64,000 nucleotides of DNA from Octopus vulgaris (GCA_951406725.2 OX597823.1:106392001-106456000), one strand, 5' to 3'. Positions 1-15,777 are shown, numbered from the stretch's first letter. The notes: a model not told the origin generated them from the sequence alone. Numbers and translations: made by a program.

Positions 1-437
1 GGTGGATTTTAGTGTGCCAACGCACGAAACTCTCTGGCTTTGAGTCACTGTTACTGCAGCTAAATATTATTATTAGCACACACAATCATATACATATATG
101 TATCTGAATATACATGCATACACACGCGCGCGTGCGCGCACACACACACACACACACATATATGGAACAAAAACGCAATAGAGGACATTAAAACGTTCGG
201 ACAGAAACACGACACAAAGGCGGACAAGAGAAGCAGCAATTAGGACAGGCTAAAAAGACGGGTCATTCTTGGCTTTCTTTCTTCAGTCAAGTACCAGAAG
301 TCACGACCATTTCGGACAGTTACACTTGAGATGGTTCGATCTGGTTGTCCCCATATATATATATAACAAATTTACTTAGACCCTGTAGGAAATAAATAAA
401 TGTATATAACCCATTATTTCTGTATATAATATATATA

Positions 438-1480
<1,043 letters not shown>

Positions 1481-2081
1481 TATATATATATATATACATA
1501 ACGACATATATAGTATTTACATATATGTGTATAAATATATATGCATGTATGCACCTATCTATCTACCTAGCTATACATATGGATATACATATGGACACAC
1601 ACACATACGCACACATACACACGCACACATACACACATACACACAGCTTAGTCACTTAACTTCTAAGCATATAAATACCTACGAATCTGCACACAGAGCA
1701 AGCAAATATAAGCGTGTGTTTTTGCCTGTGTCTCTCTCTCGGTTTCTCTTTCACTCTATCAATATGTATTTATATACATAAATTTGTGTATATTACATAT
1801 TTCCCCACTTACAAAAAGAAATATGTCTAAGTAGTTTACACCGACTGTATCCTTGCATATAATGAGCCAATGCTTTGATGTCGCTGCTTAACGCAAAGAG
1901 TTTATGACGTCGTAATTATCAGTGATTAGCTGTTGTAGGATTCAACCTTTGCCATATATTATGATGAATTGTGCTGCGCACTAGCAATGACAACTGAACT
2001 TATCCTAAACATTTCTTGATAAAAAAACTTGGGACGAGAATATTTTGCTGACATACATATGTGTGCGTATGTGTGTATACA

Positions 2082-2157
<76 letters not shown>

Positions 2158-2219
2158 ATGCATATATACATACATATATGTACGTACATACCTCTACATG
2201 TATATATACATGCATATAT

Positions 2220-2535
2220 GGGTACAGGACACCAAAAAAAAACGTCGAACACAATGAGAAACGAAAACATAAACACAAAACCAAGGAACTGGACATTTTT
2301 CTTAAACAACGAAAAAATAGAGTACAGGACAAATAAAACAAGGACAATTCCCCTTCTTCAGTCGCCATCTACTCTGCGTTTCGAAGGTGAAGGCGATACG
2401 CATCTTCGATAGAAACTTTCTTTCCCGCGAAAAGCAAATTAAATAAAATTTGAGATCTTTTTGCGGAGGGGTAAGAATGGTAACAAAAACAGGACAGTAA
2501 AAGACAGGACAAGGAGAATAAAGATTGTTCTTGAT
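2220..2535 (-). repeat. (TA)n/(CA)n-embedded short dispersed element, possibly a Penelope pLTR derivative
   Basis: Homologous to 35685-35880 (shared CGAAACG..GAGTAGA..ACTGAAGAAGGGGAAT..TCC and T-rich tail). Flanked by microsatellites. Confidence 0.55.
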
Positions 2536-2574
<39 letters not shown>

Positions 2575-2576
<2 letters not shown>

Positions 2577-3062
2577 AAGATAAATTAAATAGAGAGATAT
2601 TATTGACACTCCAATAATTTATTTATATTACAATATTACATGATATACTATGAATATAAGACAACATATTATTATATAACAAACAATTATTTAAAAAAAG
2701 CATAAAAGGCCAACAAATTGTTTCGACTTATATACATTTTCTGATATACATACAAAATAACAGTTCCCTTATATATAAGTCACTTCAAGATCATGGTTTA
2801 AAGAAAGATGAAATTCCTCGTAGAAGGGCGGCTGGATTGTAAAAGTTAATTCAAATGTCTATGTATTATGAGCGTGAGCGTTAACCATTCAATCATGCAT
2901 CAATTACAATTAAAAAAACAACAAAAACACTCTAACGGACGATACAACCAAGTATGTGCAATCCACAACCATCGAAATTCACTTCATTACATCTCAAACA
3001 CACACCAATCGAAACCCTTTCATATCCAAGATAGTCCCTTGTCACCACAACATACAACAATA

Positions 3063-3065
<3 letters not shown>
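2575..3065 (-). mobile_element. (TA)n-flanked non-coding insert with hammerhead-like relic (putative Penelope pLTR fragment)
   Basis: Minus strand 2790-2711 reads CTTGAAGT-gacttata...tataagtc-GAAACAATTTGTT. (TA)n lies on both sides. Confidence 0.45.
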
Positions 3066-3096
<31 letters not shown>

Positions 3097-3098
<2 letters not shown>

Positions 3099-3355
3099 GT
3101 ATCTAAGTTTTCCCCTGTGTATAACTGCAACAAAAAATATTTAAGCAATGACATCTCCAGTACAATAGCTTTTCTATTTATTTAAATTAATTGATATAAA
3201 AAAAATTGTTTAAATTAACTAATAATAATCTTCTATATTTATTGTTTTCTCCGTAGTAGATATGAATTGAAATCTAATAAAAAAATGTCCACGTTTACTC
3301 AATTTCCGTAATAAACATTAATATAGACTTAAGGCTGTAAATGCGATAACCTTAG
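3097..3355. repeat. Unclassified AT-rich interspersed repeat, copy 1
   Basis: Colinear high-similarity match to 19224-19510 (agtatctaagt..cccctgtgta..actgc..caaaaaatattt...gacttaaggctgtaaa.gcgataacc). Confidence 0.8.
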
Positions 3356-3396
3356 TACATACATATTTAAATATAAATATCTATATGTATTCATTA

Positions 3397-4470
3397 CATA
3401 GAAGGTGTTCGGACTAAATTTGACACTTTGCTACGCCTTCTTTCTTCAGGAACAGTTTATTATATTGCTGAACATTCAACGGTATTGGATCGCATAATGA
3501 TTAAATATAGAACTGAGAAAAATTTAGCTGATATGGAGGACTGGAAGACATCTGAATATTGGAGAAGAGTCACCTGTATCATGATCATTCGTGCCGCATA
3601 TCAAAATGCCGACGTCATGACTGCTACTCAGTGTTCTGTGGACACTGTAAGAGCTGCAAGCAGTGATATGGACGGCTGCAACGGAGACTACAAACCTGTG
3701 GCCATCATGAAGGGTCACAGCAGGTGTTCTGACTGTGTTTGCAAACCGGAGTTTATCCAACAAATGCAGGACAAGGCGATAGAAGATCCGAGTAAAAGAA
3801 TCCGTGCTTTGGTAAGAGAGATGGGCGTTGGAGTCGCCACCCTGAAGCTAGCCCTGAATGAGAACCTTTGCTACCACTCATACAAGATTCACAAGAGACA
3901 AGTTCTGACCGCTAGGGCCAAGGAGAAGCTTTTGATGAAGGCAAAGAAGTTCCTTAACAACCTGATGCATCCTGTTGAGCCGGAGATGATTTGTTTCTTC
4001 TCAGATGAAGAGAAATTCTGCCAGGACAGTAGCCCAACACCTAGAAGAACAAATTGCTTGTCTACAATTACTGTAATGTTCCAAGTATCGTGATCTGTAA
4101 CGGTATTCGGGTGTGCCTCCAGTGAGGGTCATACCGCCTCTTATCTTTGAACAAGGCCTTAGGCTCAATTCAGACAGCTGCGAAGCTAATGTAGACTGTA
4201 TGTAGCTTGCTACGAAAGGTTATATGTGTCGCAGCAGGATTCAGCTCTTTGACATACTGCGGGTAAGTGTAAGAAGTGAGTGACGAAGAATTTCTACGAT
4301 TTTACCAGCCCCAATTTTTGGCCTCCTAATTCTCCCGATTGTAATCCCATGGATAACTATGTGTGGAATGCGGTTCAATTAGACACCAACCTCTCTGCCT
4401 GCAACAGCAAGGCAGACTTGGTAGATAAGATCAATGAGGTATTCGAAGATCTCCCCAGGGAGAATGCTTA
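3397..4470 (+). mobile_element. DD37D (maT-family) Tc1/mariner transposon relic
   Basis: ORF 3428-4093 carries DPSKRIRALVREMGV and FFSDEEKF. Downstream QQDSA..HT..WPPNSPDCNPMDNYVW gives 37 residues between the catalytic Asps, with in-frame stops. Confidence 0.88.
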
Positions 4471-4521
4471 TGGGTCTAAATACTATTTCTCTTTTTGAAT
4501 TTTTCGTTATTTTGAAATGCT

Positions 4522-4728
4522 AAGGCGGCAAGCTGGCTGAATCTTTAGCACGGCGGGCAAAATGCTTAGCAGCACTTCGTCCGTCTGTACGTTTTGAGTT
4601 CAAATGCTGCTGAAGTCGACTTTGCTTTTCATCCTTTCGAGGTCGATTAAAACAAGTACCTGTTGAACACTGGGGTTGATGTAACTGACTCGTGCTTACT
4701 CGAAAAATTGCTGACCTTGTGCAAACCA
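4522..4728 (+). mobile_element. tRNA-derived SINE family A
   Basis: Head aaggcggcaagctggc.gaa, B-box-like GAGTTCAAAT, and conserved core gtcgactttgc.tttcatcctttcg.ggtcgat..aagtacc. Many copies in the window. Confidence 0.85.
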
Positions 4729-6228
4729 TTATTGTGAAATGCTGTCAGGCGCTATCGGTTCTCTTTTTGCAGAAAAATACCATCGTTTGTGCGTCTCACT
4801 TTATATTTTGAGTAGTGGAGAGGTGTAGCAAGGTTGTCGGGGAAACTAGGGATCGACTATGTCCAATTGGACAGTTTGTTCTTGTTTCGACACACACACC
4901 AAGTTTGTTCTTGAAGACTTCCAGTCTTTTGATATTTCATAACTTCCAGGCATGATAGTACTAAAGGAGGTTTTATCGTTTTGGTTAAAACTCTAGAGGC
5001 CTGGTAATGCCGGCAGAATACAGGGGTTCAGTGGTAATGGTGGTGGGTCTGTATAAAATGTGAACAGAGTAACGAAACTATTCTATGCACTGTCGTTCAG
5101 TACCGAGCGATGTTGTCTTGTGCAATTAATTCAAACAGCTGTTGTCGTGTTAAGGACGGATTCGGGTGCCAGCCATGTCAATTGTGAAGTTAGCTCTATC
5201 AACGTGCAGGGAAATTATTATTCAAGCTGCCTGTGAAAGTTATGTAGTATTTCTGTGGTTTGTGTTCATGGTGAAGGATATTTTGCGACGTACAAGATTA
5301 GAATGTCCATTTTCCTCTACAGCCGTCGATTTTACAAATTCTTGAATGGAAGTTCCACTTCCATTTGAAGGTGAAAGTGGAAAAAAAAGAGTGCTGATTT
5401 CCAATAAAATTTTCTGAAAAATTAATGAGATTGACTCTTATGGAAAACATGTTATCAAAAGATCTTTAAAACGTTCGTTAACAGAAACACCCAAGTCTCA
5501 TTTTTCATTCTTATTTACTATTAACTAACCATCGGGTCTTTTACGTTTATCAAATTTTATATTATTTATGTATTATTTTTAAAGATTATTTTTATATTAT
5601 TTCTGTGTCATCTTGCTAACTCCACAAACTAAATTTATATCTCCTTTTCGATCCTTCTCATACTTACTATCTATCTGGCTTATGCCATTTTTGTTTTTAT
5701 TTTTATTTTGCTTAACGCAGTTTGCTTTAATCTCTTGTCCTTGTGCAGTCATTAATCAGGGTTTCTCTTTCCTTGTTTAGTCCTTCATCTTTCAGTAAGC
5801 TCATTGTTCCTTCTCCTCCTATATCTTTTGTTTGCCTTACAAACCGCTCATGCAACACTTTTTCTTCCTATTTTTCCAGCCTCCCTTTTTTGAAAAAAAA
5901 AATCTTTTGTTTGTAATACTTTTCTGTTTCTATGTATTCGCCATTGATCTTCCTGGTTTTACACGAACACACGCACGCACGCACACATACACACACGCAC
6001 ACATACACACACGCACACACACACACATACACACACACACACACGCACGCACACACACGTGCACACACACACACACACCTCTTCATTTCACCCTAATATA
6101 CCTCTCTAGACTGCTGTCTCAGTTACATTGAACAGTCCACTACCTTCCTCTTTTCTACACACGCGCACACACGCATACATATGCATACACACATACATAA
6201 ATGCATACACACACATACACACACACAT

Positions 6229-6269
<41 letters not shown>

Positions 6270-6399
6270 CATGCATTCAGTCTAATAATGCTCTTCCGCG
6301 AATGTAATTCATTATGCGTTGTTAACAGTTAACTGGTTCGTCTAAACATTTCATCAAGAACATTTTTCATCCGCTGATGGAAGAGCGAAGAATATTCTA

Positions 6400-6630
6400 A
6401 CATAATTATTGTCCATGTGTTGATTACTTTAATGATATTCCTTCTGTTTAATTTTTGTTCTTAAAATCTTCTTAATTTTCCTCTTTTCCAGTTGTATCTT
6501 CCAGTTTCTTCTATTTCAATACTTCCTTATGCCATATTTTTCTGCTCTCCTTCAGTGATTTTATTGCATTTTCTAAGCGTAATAATAATTCTTTTTGACA
6601 TTTTCCATTATTATTAACATTATGGATTTC
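6400..6630 (-). mobile_element. Degraded LINE fragment (RTE-like)
   Basis: Minus-strand translation NNGKCQKELLLRLENAIKSLKESRK resembles the post-RT segment of RTE LINEs. Short and degenerate. Confidence 0.3.
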
Positions 6631-6639
6631 CTACGTCGG

Positions 6640-7045
6640 TAGACTGTCCCACAAAATAACTTGCGGTATTTACTTTGGGTCTTTGTGTTCTGGATTCAGA
6701 TAACTCTGTGGTCAGTTTTACTTTTCATCCTTCTAAGATCCATAAAAAAAAATCCAGCCAAATGCAGTTGTTAATAATATTGACTTTACCCTCTCCTCTA
6801 AAAACTACCGAGATTGCTCCTTAATTAAAAATGATAATTATGATAATTACTACAATAACAATAGTCCTCCTTTTCATTATAAGCACAAGAGTTGAAATTT
6901 TAGGGGAGATGGCGTGTCGGTTTCGTCGAACCAGTATTCAACTTGTACTTATCGGCTTCGGTGGAATTTGAACTCAGAACGTAAAGGCAGACAAAATCCT
7001 CTGCATTTTGTCTGGCGTGCTAACGATTCTGCCAGCTCGTCGCTT
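6640..7045. mobile_element. Two SINE family A copies tail-to-tail (+ degraded 6640-6830; - 6870-7045)
   Basis: Core cttttcatccttctaagatc in the first. The second has gaatttgaactcagaacgt..gctaacgattctgccagctcgtcgc, the reverse complement of the head. Confidence 0.7.
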
Positions 7046-7046
7046 T

Positions 7047-8181
<1,135 letters not shown>

Positions 8182-8270
8182 GAGGATGATGATAAAAATC
8201 GAAAAATGTTGATGATGATGATGATGATGATGATGATAACAATAATAACACTCTACAGACATGGCCGAGT

Positions 8271-8980
8271 AAGTAGTACTATTCACTTGGCAATATGCCA
8301 AACCCACAACATAAAACCTAACAAAAAATGGTATAAAAATATGTGAAACAAGGTGCATGACAACGACCAGTCCACAATCATATGGGATATACCTATTCAA
8401 ACTGACAAAGAAATCAAAGCTAATCGCCCATACATGATATCAAGGATTAGAAAACAGAAGAAAAGAAACACCTGTTTACTGAGAGACATTGCAGTCTCTT
8501 CTGACCAAAATATTACCCAAAGAGAAGTGGAAAATAGCAAAGTAAAAAGATCTTGAAATTGAAGTAGCCAAAATGTGGGGCATGGAGGTGTAAACAATAC
8601 CATTAGTAATTAGGGTACTGGGTATGATGAAAAAGCTTATGAGCAAAAACATAGATGCTATACCTGGGCCCTCAACACTACACACTATCCCAAAAACAGC
8701 ACTGTTAGGAACGGCCCACATCGTACGCAAGCCACTATCAATTCAATAGTACAATCCAGAAACTCAAGACACACCCTATACAGCAAATATCCAATCAAAG
8801 AAACAACCCCCCACACATGTATTCTACAGGTCACCTACCCAACAAAAGAACACAATTCGCATTATACACACAATACAAAATACAAATAGTAATACAACAA
8901 ATGACTCAAGCCAGAATCCATAACGAAACAAACTAAGGCAATACAATACCGAGACCAGTTCGTACTCATGCTAAATAAAA
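8271..8980 (+). mobile_element. Second, divergent R4/Dong-clade 3' fragment
   Basis: RHGRV..IHLAIC, IIWDIPIQTDKEIKANRP, DIAVSSDQNI, LEIEVAKMWG and KTALLGTAHIVRK. 3' UTR followed by (TAA)n. Confidence 0.9.
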
Positions 8981-9389
<409 letters not shown>

Positions 9390-9454
9390 AACGCAAGAAC
9401 ACACAATGGTGCACGCACCTCTGCAACAAGGGGGTGTAGCAGGTGATGCAGTAG

Positions 9455-9660
9455 AAATTTGACTGAAACTATCAGGTATCGAATAATATTAACGGTCAAA
9501 GATGAGACGAAAACAGGAAAATACCAGGAATTAGCTAGGGAAATAGGATGACTGTGGAGGGTTTCTGCAAAAGTAATTCCAGTTGTTCTAGGTGACTTAC
9601 GTACCATTACCAACAGACTTAACAGTTCCTTTATTAAGACTGGTGTAACTGTCAGAGTTG
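9455..9660 (+). mobile_element. Third R4/Dong-like endonuclease fragment
   Basis: KDETKTGKYQELAREIG*LWRVSAKVIPVVLGDL matches the EK..KY..LA.E...LW...VIPVV.G.LG motif. Confidence 0.75.
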
Positions 9661-10051
9661 CATTCACAGCTGCATGCCTAACTGCCATGCTTTTCTCAGT
9701 TCTGCTGATTGCGGGTCTCCGAAAACCATCGTAAATATTGACATTTTCTGGGCCATCTTCGAAACGTCTGAACCAATCGTAGACTTGTATGCAGCTCATA
9801 CACACCTCTCCATACACTTTCTGCAACTTTACGTAGGCCACTGAGCAGGTATCACCGTGATAACATTGTCGTGGTCAATGCGACGATCACCAGCTACACA
9901 CCTTCCTTCCACGCAGTGCTGTAAACAACAAAATTGAGCTAGAAAGTTAAAACTTATTGCGCATGCACAAAAGAGTTCAAGGTCACTCTGTGCCAAGTGG
10001 ATTTACTCTGCGTGCTTTAGCTTTGTCCTGATACTTATTGATTAGCCCTCG
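9661..10051 (-). mobile_element. Mariner transposon 5' fragment
   Basis: Minus-strand TIR TA-CGAGGGCTAATCAATAAGTATCAGG, then HTH region KLQKVYGEVCMSCIQVYDWFRRFEDG..RP..SRT. Confidence 0.85.
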
Positions 10052-10056
10052 TATAT

Positions 10057-10102
<46 letters not shown>

Positions 10103-10190
10103 GATTATAGGTTTCATCCAAGGAAATACTGGTTCAATTCCTAGTATTTGAGGGAATTAATTTCCTTAAAATAAAAAGTATATATTATAA

Positions 10191-10588
10191 AAGAAGAAAA
10201 AGGAAACGGAGGTTGGGAAGTTGATAATTGTTTATTTTTAACAGCAAATTAATTATCTTCACTTACAGTTATTTCAATTAATACTCATTAAATATTAAGT
10301 AAATGTTCAATTTATATTTACATAACCTGAGCAAAATATCTTCAGAGGAAAAAAAAGTATACCCTTGGATGTCTTATATGTGTTTATCGATTCATTATAC
10401 CAGACTGCTATAATGGATCCATAAGCATAAAAAACATAAGCATAAAAAATAAGATATGCTGAGGTCAAATTGAATATTTACATAATATTTACTCAGTATT
10501 AATTGAAACAGCTGTAAGTGAAGGTGATTAATCTGATGTTAATAAGAAACAATTATTAATTTCCCAATCTCCATTTTCTTTTTCTTCT

Positions 10589-10590
<2 letters not shown>
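10191..10590. mobile_element. Inverted pair of pLTR-like repeats between TA tracts
   Basis: Arm 10191-10348 is the diverged reverse complement of 10451-10590. It contains CTGAAGA (minus) and GAAACAGCTGTA (10505-10516). A third partial copy is at 28671-28745. Confidence 0.7.
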
Positions 10591-10633
<43 letters not shown>

Positions 10634-10769
10634 CTGTGTACATTAAAACGTATTAAGAGGCTTCCATCATAGGAATTCATTACGCTAGAAAGAACAGTTA
10701 AAGTCCAAACCACTAATTAGGGATAAATTCTCGAAGGGAATGAAAAATAAAAACATTTACCATCTAATT

Positions 10770-10843
10770 CCTGGACCATGGTTTCTGACTTATCTTAGTA
10801 AATAAAAATTATTATTTACCGAGGCGAAGTCTTCATCAACAGG
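10770..10843 (-). ncRNA. Type I hammerhead-ribozyme-like motif
   Basis: Minus strand: CCTG-TTGATGA-A-GACTT[long hairpin]AAGTC-A-GAAACCATGGTC-CAGG. Stem I CCTG/CAGG, palindromic stem III ACCATGGT, GUC triplet. One core change (C3 to U). Confidence 0.75.
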
Positions 10844-10951
10844 GACGCCTTAGATTAAATATACAAACAACAAGGTCAATCCAGCATGTAACTCATTGCT
10901 TGTACAATTTAATTTTTTTCAAATCCACTGCGCAGGCGCAGTCTTTTTGTG

Positions 10952-11008
<57 letters not shown>

Positions 11009-11755
11009 TTTATATATATATATATATATACCCACACAAAAACACATCCACGAATTACCCTAGTTCACGAATAGTGTTAAGGAGCTTCACTTCAGTAGAG
11101 TATAATACAGTTTATCTGCGACATACATTAATACCTTCACTTACACTAATGCTTCAGATTTACAAGCTACAAAAGCTGATCTTCGCTCTAAAAAGAAAAA
11201 TATAATTAAATAAATATATATCGGAATAATAAATAAATAATTGATTGGAACGTAAAAAAATAAATAAAGGCAACCATATTTGTTGTGTTTCTTGTAGTTT
11301 CTTCTACTGCTGTTTGTTTTTCTTGTTTGTTTGTTTTTTGTTATTATTGTTGTTATCATAATAACAGCCCAGCGGGAATAGATAAACCGAGGGCTATAAA
11401 ATATAGAGCTAAAATGCCAGTTAGAAAAATACAACATCCACCCATCTTGACACCACGTTCTCAAAATTGATTAAAGGTGTACGTGTATGTATATGTATAT
11501 GTGTGTGTTTATGCGTGTTTATTTGTGTGTGTGCCAGCATGTGCGTATTTAATGCCGCCCTCAAGTGCACCCGAGTGATGGGTAGTGATAAAATCCTTGT
11601 AAAGTACAAAAGGTGCTTTGAACGCGTGGTTGCAAGAGTTGGGCTGAGTGTGAACTGGGTGAAAGGCTGGAATTGTTTAATCAGCGAAATAACTTTTTTC
11701 TCTTTTATTTCCTTATTTTATTTTCGTTTCATTTACTTCTCCCCACCCAATTAAA

Positions 11756-11861
<106 letters not shown>

Positions 11862-12889
11862 AACAATCTGAAACTTTATCTGTCTCTATCACTGTCCTCC
11901 CCTTCTTTTTCTCTGTCAACGTCATCATTTGTAAAGGTATTCGTTGGGGTCTGGCATAGGGATGGGAGGATTAAATAAAAAGAAAACAACAATGCAAATA
12001 AAATAAACCTTCTCATAAGATGAGATGGAAATATCAATTGTGCAATAGCTAGATGCAGCATGCACAATAAACAGAGGGAGCTGCTTGCATTATTACAGTT
12101 TTTGGATAGTTTTTCATGCAATTTCACAAATCGACGAGTTTCAACTCTTTATTGACCTTCTCAACGTTTCATTTCTACTTGTTTTTTATTCTACCCCCTC
12201 CACCACTTATCTCCTTTAATTTCCAAATTACAATGCTGCGCTGATAGAGCAGCTTTTATGGGATTTATGGATCTCATTTTACTGATGACGGACACTGAAC
12301 ACAGCAACATTTAGTCTTGTAATTTTTTTCTCTCTCTTTTTTTTTTTAAATCTAAACTATCCCACCCATAAACAATCTAAAAATTAGGTAGTTGATTACC
12401 CCTTTCAACCGCCATTTAATTCGTTTTATTTTTTATTTTATTATCCTTCTTTAGACATTAAAAAGTGCTATGCTTTAAACTATCGCAGTTTTCCTCTGCT
12501 AATAGGAACTGGGCTCAATTTAGATAAACAGTATTTTTTCCTGACTAGCTTATTATTATTCATTTGCTGACAACATGTATGATTAACAGTTACAACGATA
12601 CTGTTTTTCATTTGTATTTTACTTTTAGAAAGAAAACTAACCTTTTTGGGTGAAATGTAAAATGTAACTAGATGTTTGGCGTCTCTGGCAAATCCTTTAT
12701 CATTCAATTATATTAGAACCACAGTAAAATAAGAATGGTTCCAACTTGCAATTAATAAATGGTCATGTAGTCAGCAGACCAGAAACATTATGTCACATGA
12801 CTGTAGACTAATTTTTAGCGGTTGTACACCAATATATTATCTACTTACAATATCAAATCTTTTTTATTAGAATAATGCGCTCAGCTGCA

Positions 12890-13358
12890 TGGAAGGCCCA
12901 AGAAAATATTCAGCTGTATAAATCTTCAAAGCCACAGTCGAACCAATTCTAGTATATGGCTCAGAAACCTGGACGTTATCAAAGAAGCTTGAGAGGCGGT
13001 TGGATGGAACTTACACTCGCCTCCTTTATGAGAGCTCAAAATCTCTCGTGGAAGCGTCATCCAACCAAAGTACAAATATATGGGAAACTACAACCTGTAT
13101 CATCTCTTGTGAAAGGTAGGAGAGTCCAGTTTGCTGGACATTGTTGTAGAGCTGAAAACGAGGTAATTTCTACTCTTCTCCTCTGGAAGCCATCTGCTCG
13201 CGATACCAGAGGGCGCACACTCGCCTACCCTGATGTAATCTCCAGGGATACAGCTATCCAGCAAAAGGACCTCCGTAATGCTATGATGGACCGTGAAGTC
13301 TGGCGTAACATAGGAAATTCCATTGCCTCGACCACGGTCGAACAATGATGATGATGAT
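12890..13358 (+). mobile_element. RTE-clade LINE 3' fragment
   Basis: IFKATVEPILVYGSETWTLSKKLERRLDG, RRVQFAGHCCR and AMMDREVWR, then a stop and a (TGA)n tail. Confidence 0.9.
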
Positions 13359-13784
13359 GTATAGAAAGACTAAGAAAATATTCTGGGATACACTGTGTAT
13401 GAAAACCAGCGGTGAGAGTAATGCTGCGCATTCAATCTAGTGATCCAAGGAGCCTTAATTAAATAAAATTATACATGTTGTGCGAATAAGAATAAGGATA
13501 CATGTTATGCGAATAAGAATAAGGATCTAAACGCTTAATAGCGGTGAAGCAAAGAAGGGGTGACAACCTGAAAGTCTAATTAATCGGAATTAATGAAAAA
13601 TTGAATGTTGAAAATGCAGTGATCAGTGAGTTTATGCTTGATGTATCTGAATGTGTTTAAGCCTTTCCGTTAGAGGTGAACGATTGTGATTGGGCTTTAA
13701 ATGTTTTGCAATGAATATAATTGAAACTTAGGATTCTTCTTATTGAAGATTTTACAATAAATAATAACGATAACAACATAAACA

Positions 13785-14208
<424 letters not shown>

Positions 14209-14209
14209 A

Positions 14210-15775
14210 GAAAGAAATCCTTTCGATGGAGTAGCTGAGGCACAACGTGGAAACAAAGCCACTCTTCGGTTTTTGATGGATTGGGAGGTGTGCAAATCGC
14301 CGAGTCACAGTTAAGCACGGCACTGTGCTCAACTGTTTGGAGCATGTGGTGGATAGATTTTGTTGCCAACTAAGACGGCCTGTCACGACTCTTATCTAGT
14401 GATACGAAGATCTACGGAAGATTGATAACAGCTAGCAAAAAATTGCACGAAAGAGACCTTACCGGAGTTGGATGGTTTGCCTTACAAGGTTTTGCGTACT
14501 CGAAACTTATTTGGAGGCCTTTTGGCTGATATTTACTGCAACAGGTACTGAACGGAGAATTCTGAGTCCTATCAAACGAGGTGTTGCTGAGAAAGGATCC
14601 GAACGAAGGCGACAATTTTGATAATTTTCGGTCAGTAAATCCAGAATTATTTTAGTCAAAGAGTTAGCCAAGAGGCTGATGCATGCCATCGATACATTGG
14701 TTGCTATTGCATAGATATGTGCCATCTAGTTAGATCTAGCCTAGAAATTCTTCATCTCACATGATACATCTTTGAAATGCTGGGTAAGCAACCTAGCACG
14801 GGCTTGGGCTTTATCAGTTTACTTCCATCGAGCGCTTTCGATAATGTTGATCGTCAGTAATTGGCAGCTGTCCTCGTGGCGTTTCGTTTCATTCTAGTCA
14901 TAAGGGGCTGGATCGTTGCAAGGGACATCTGCTCGGTATAAGAATGAATAGCTACCTATCGGAACTCTTTAATATTAAGAGTTTGGTCGGTTGAGGTTGC
15001 ACCCTCTCATCTCTTACGTACATGCTGGCACGAGAGGCTGTACGGCAGGTGTTAGAGGTTTCGAGAGGGATTTTGCATGTATTAAGATGAGAATGAACCG
15101 TGATAACTGATGCAAACGAGGTTACCGTAACAGTCGGATATCAGACAGGATCGGAATTGGTCTGACGGTGTATGAAACGTTGACAAAAGCAAAAATCAAC
15201 CAGAAAAATCGGTATCTTGAGAGGGAGACCCATGTCACCTAACAAGCGTCGTGAAGAGATGAACTTACGGACCAATTAAATTTCTCGGAGTCTCATTAGG
15301 TCTGGACCTTCAGGTGAGAACTGGAGCGAAGCGACGTGCAAGGTAGCCAATCTCACACCAGAAATAGTCTCAGAAAAATGCTCTCCCTGAGGGGTTAGGT
15401 GGATGGGTGAACGCCTATAAGGCATCATATCTGATGAGACTGGGACTCTTGTCCTTCTGCTGCTCGGACGGTTTATTTGCTGCGAATATTCGCTGCGTGG
15501 AATACATTCCTACTTAGAGCTTGAACCTTTAGATGGGGAGAGGCACTAACATGTGGTGTCCTTAGCAATAGGGGTTATTCAGTATATGTGGGATTCCGTG
15601 GTTATTTCTGAGTGGCACTCACCCACCCACCCACCCCTAATGGAAAATTTACATCATATTCATATTTTTTTAATAGGCATTGATTTGTTTGCACATGCAT
15701 ATGCAAATATGCATGTGCATATTTTTTAGACTGACTTATGTCAGTCTTTTCGGCGTTTGTGGCCAATAAGAATAG
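14210..15775 (+). mobile_element. Highly degraded L1/Tx1-clade LINE (RT plus 3' end)
   Basis: Fragments PELDGLPYK, LLRKDPNEGDNFDNFR, ILVKELAKR, SAFDNVDRQ, GCTLSSLTY (QGCPLSPLLY-like) and ANEVTV (ADDVTV-like). The 3' end reads tgtggccaataagaa. Confidence 0.7.
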
Positions 15776-15777
15776 GA

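Noticed and set aside
4800-5400. Possible ancient GIY-YIG/Penelope fragment on the minus strand (SNLV.., KYYITFT)
   Set aside because: Motifs are too degenerate and in different frames; a profile search would be needed.
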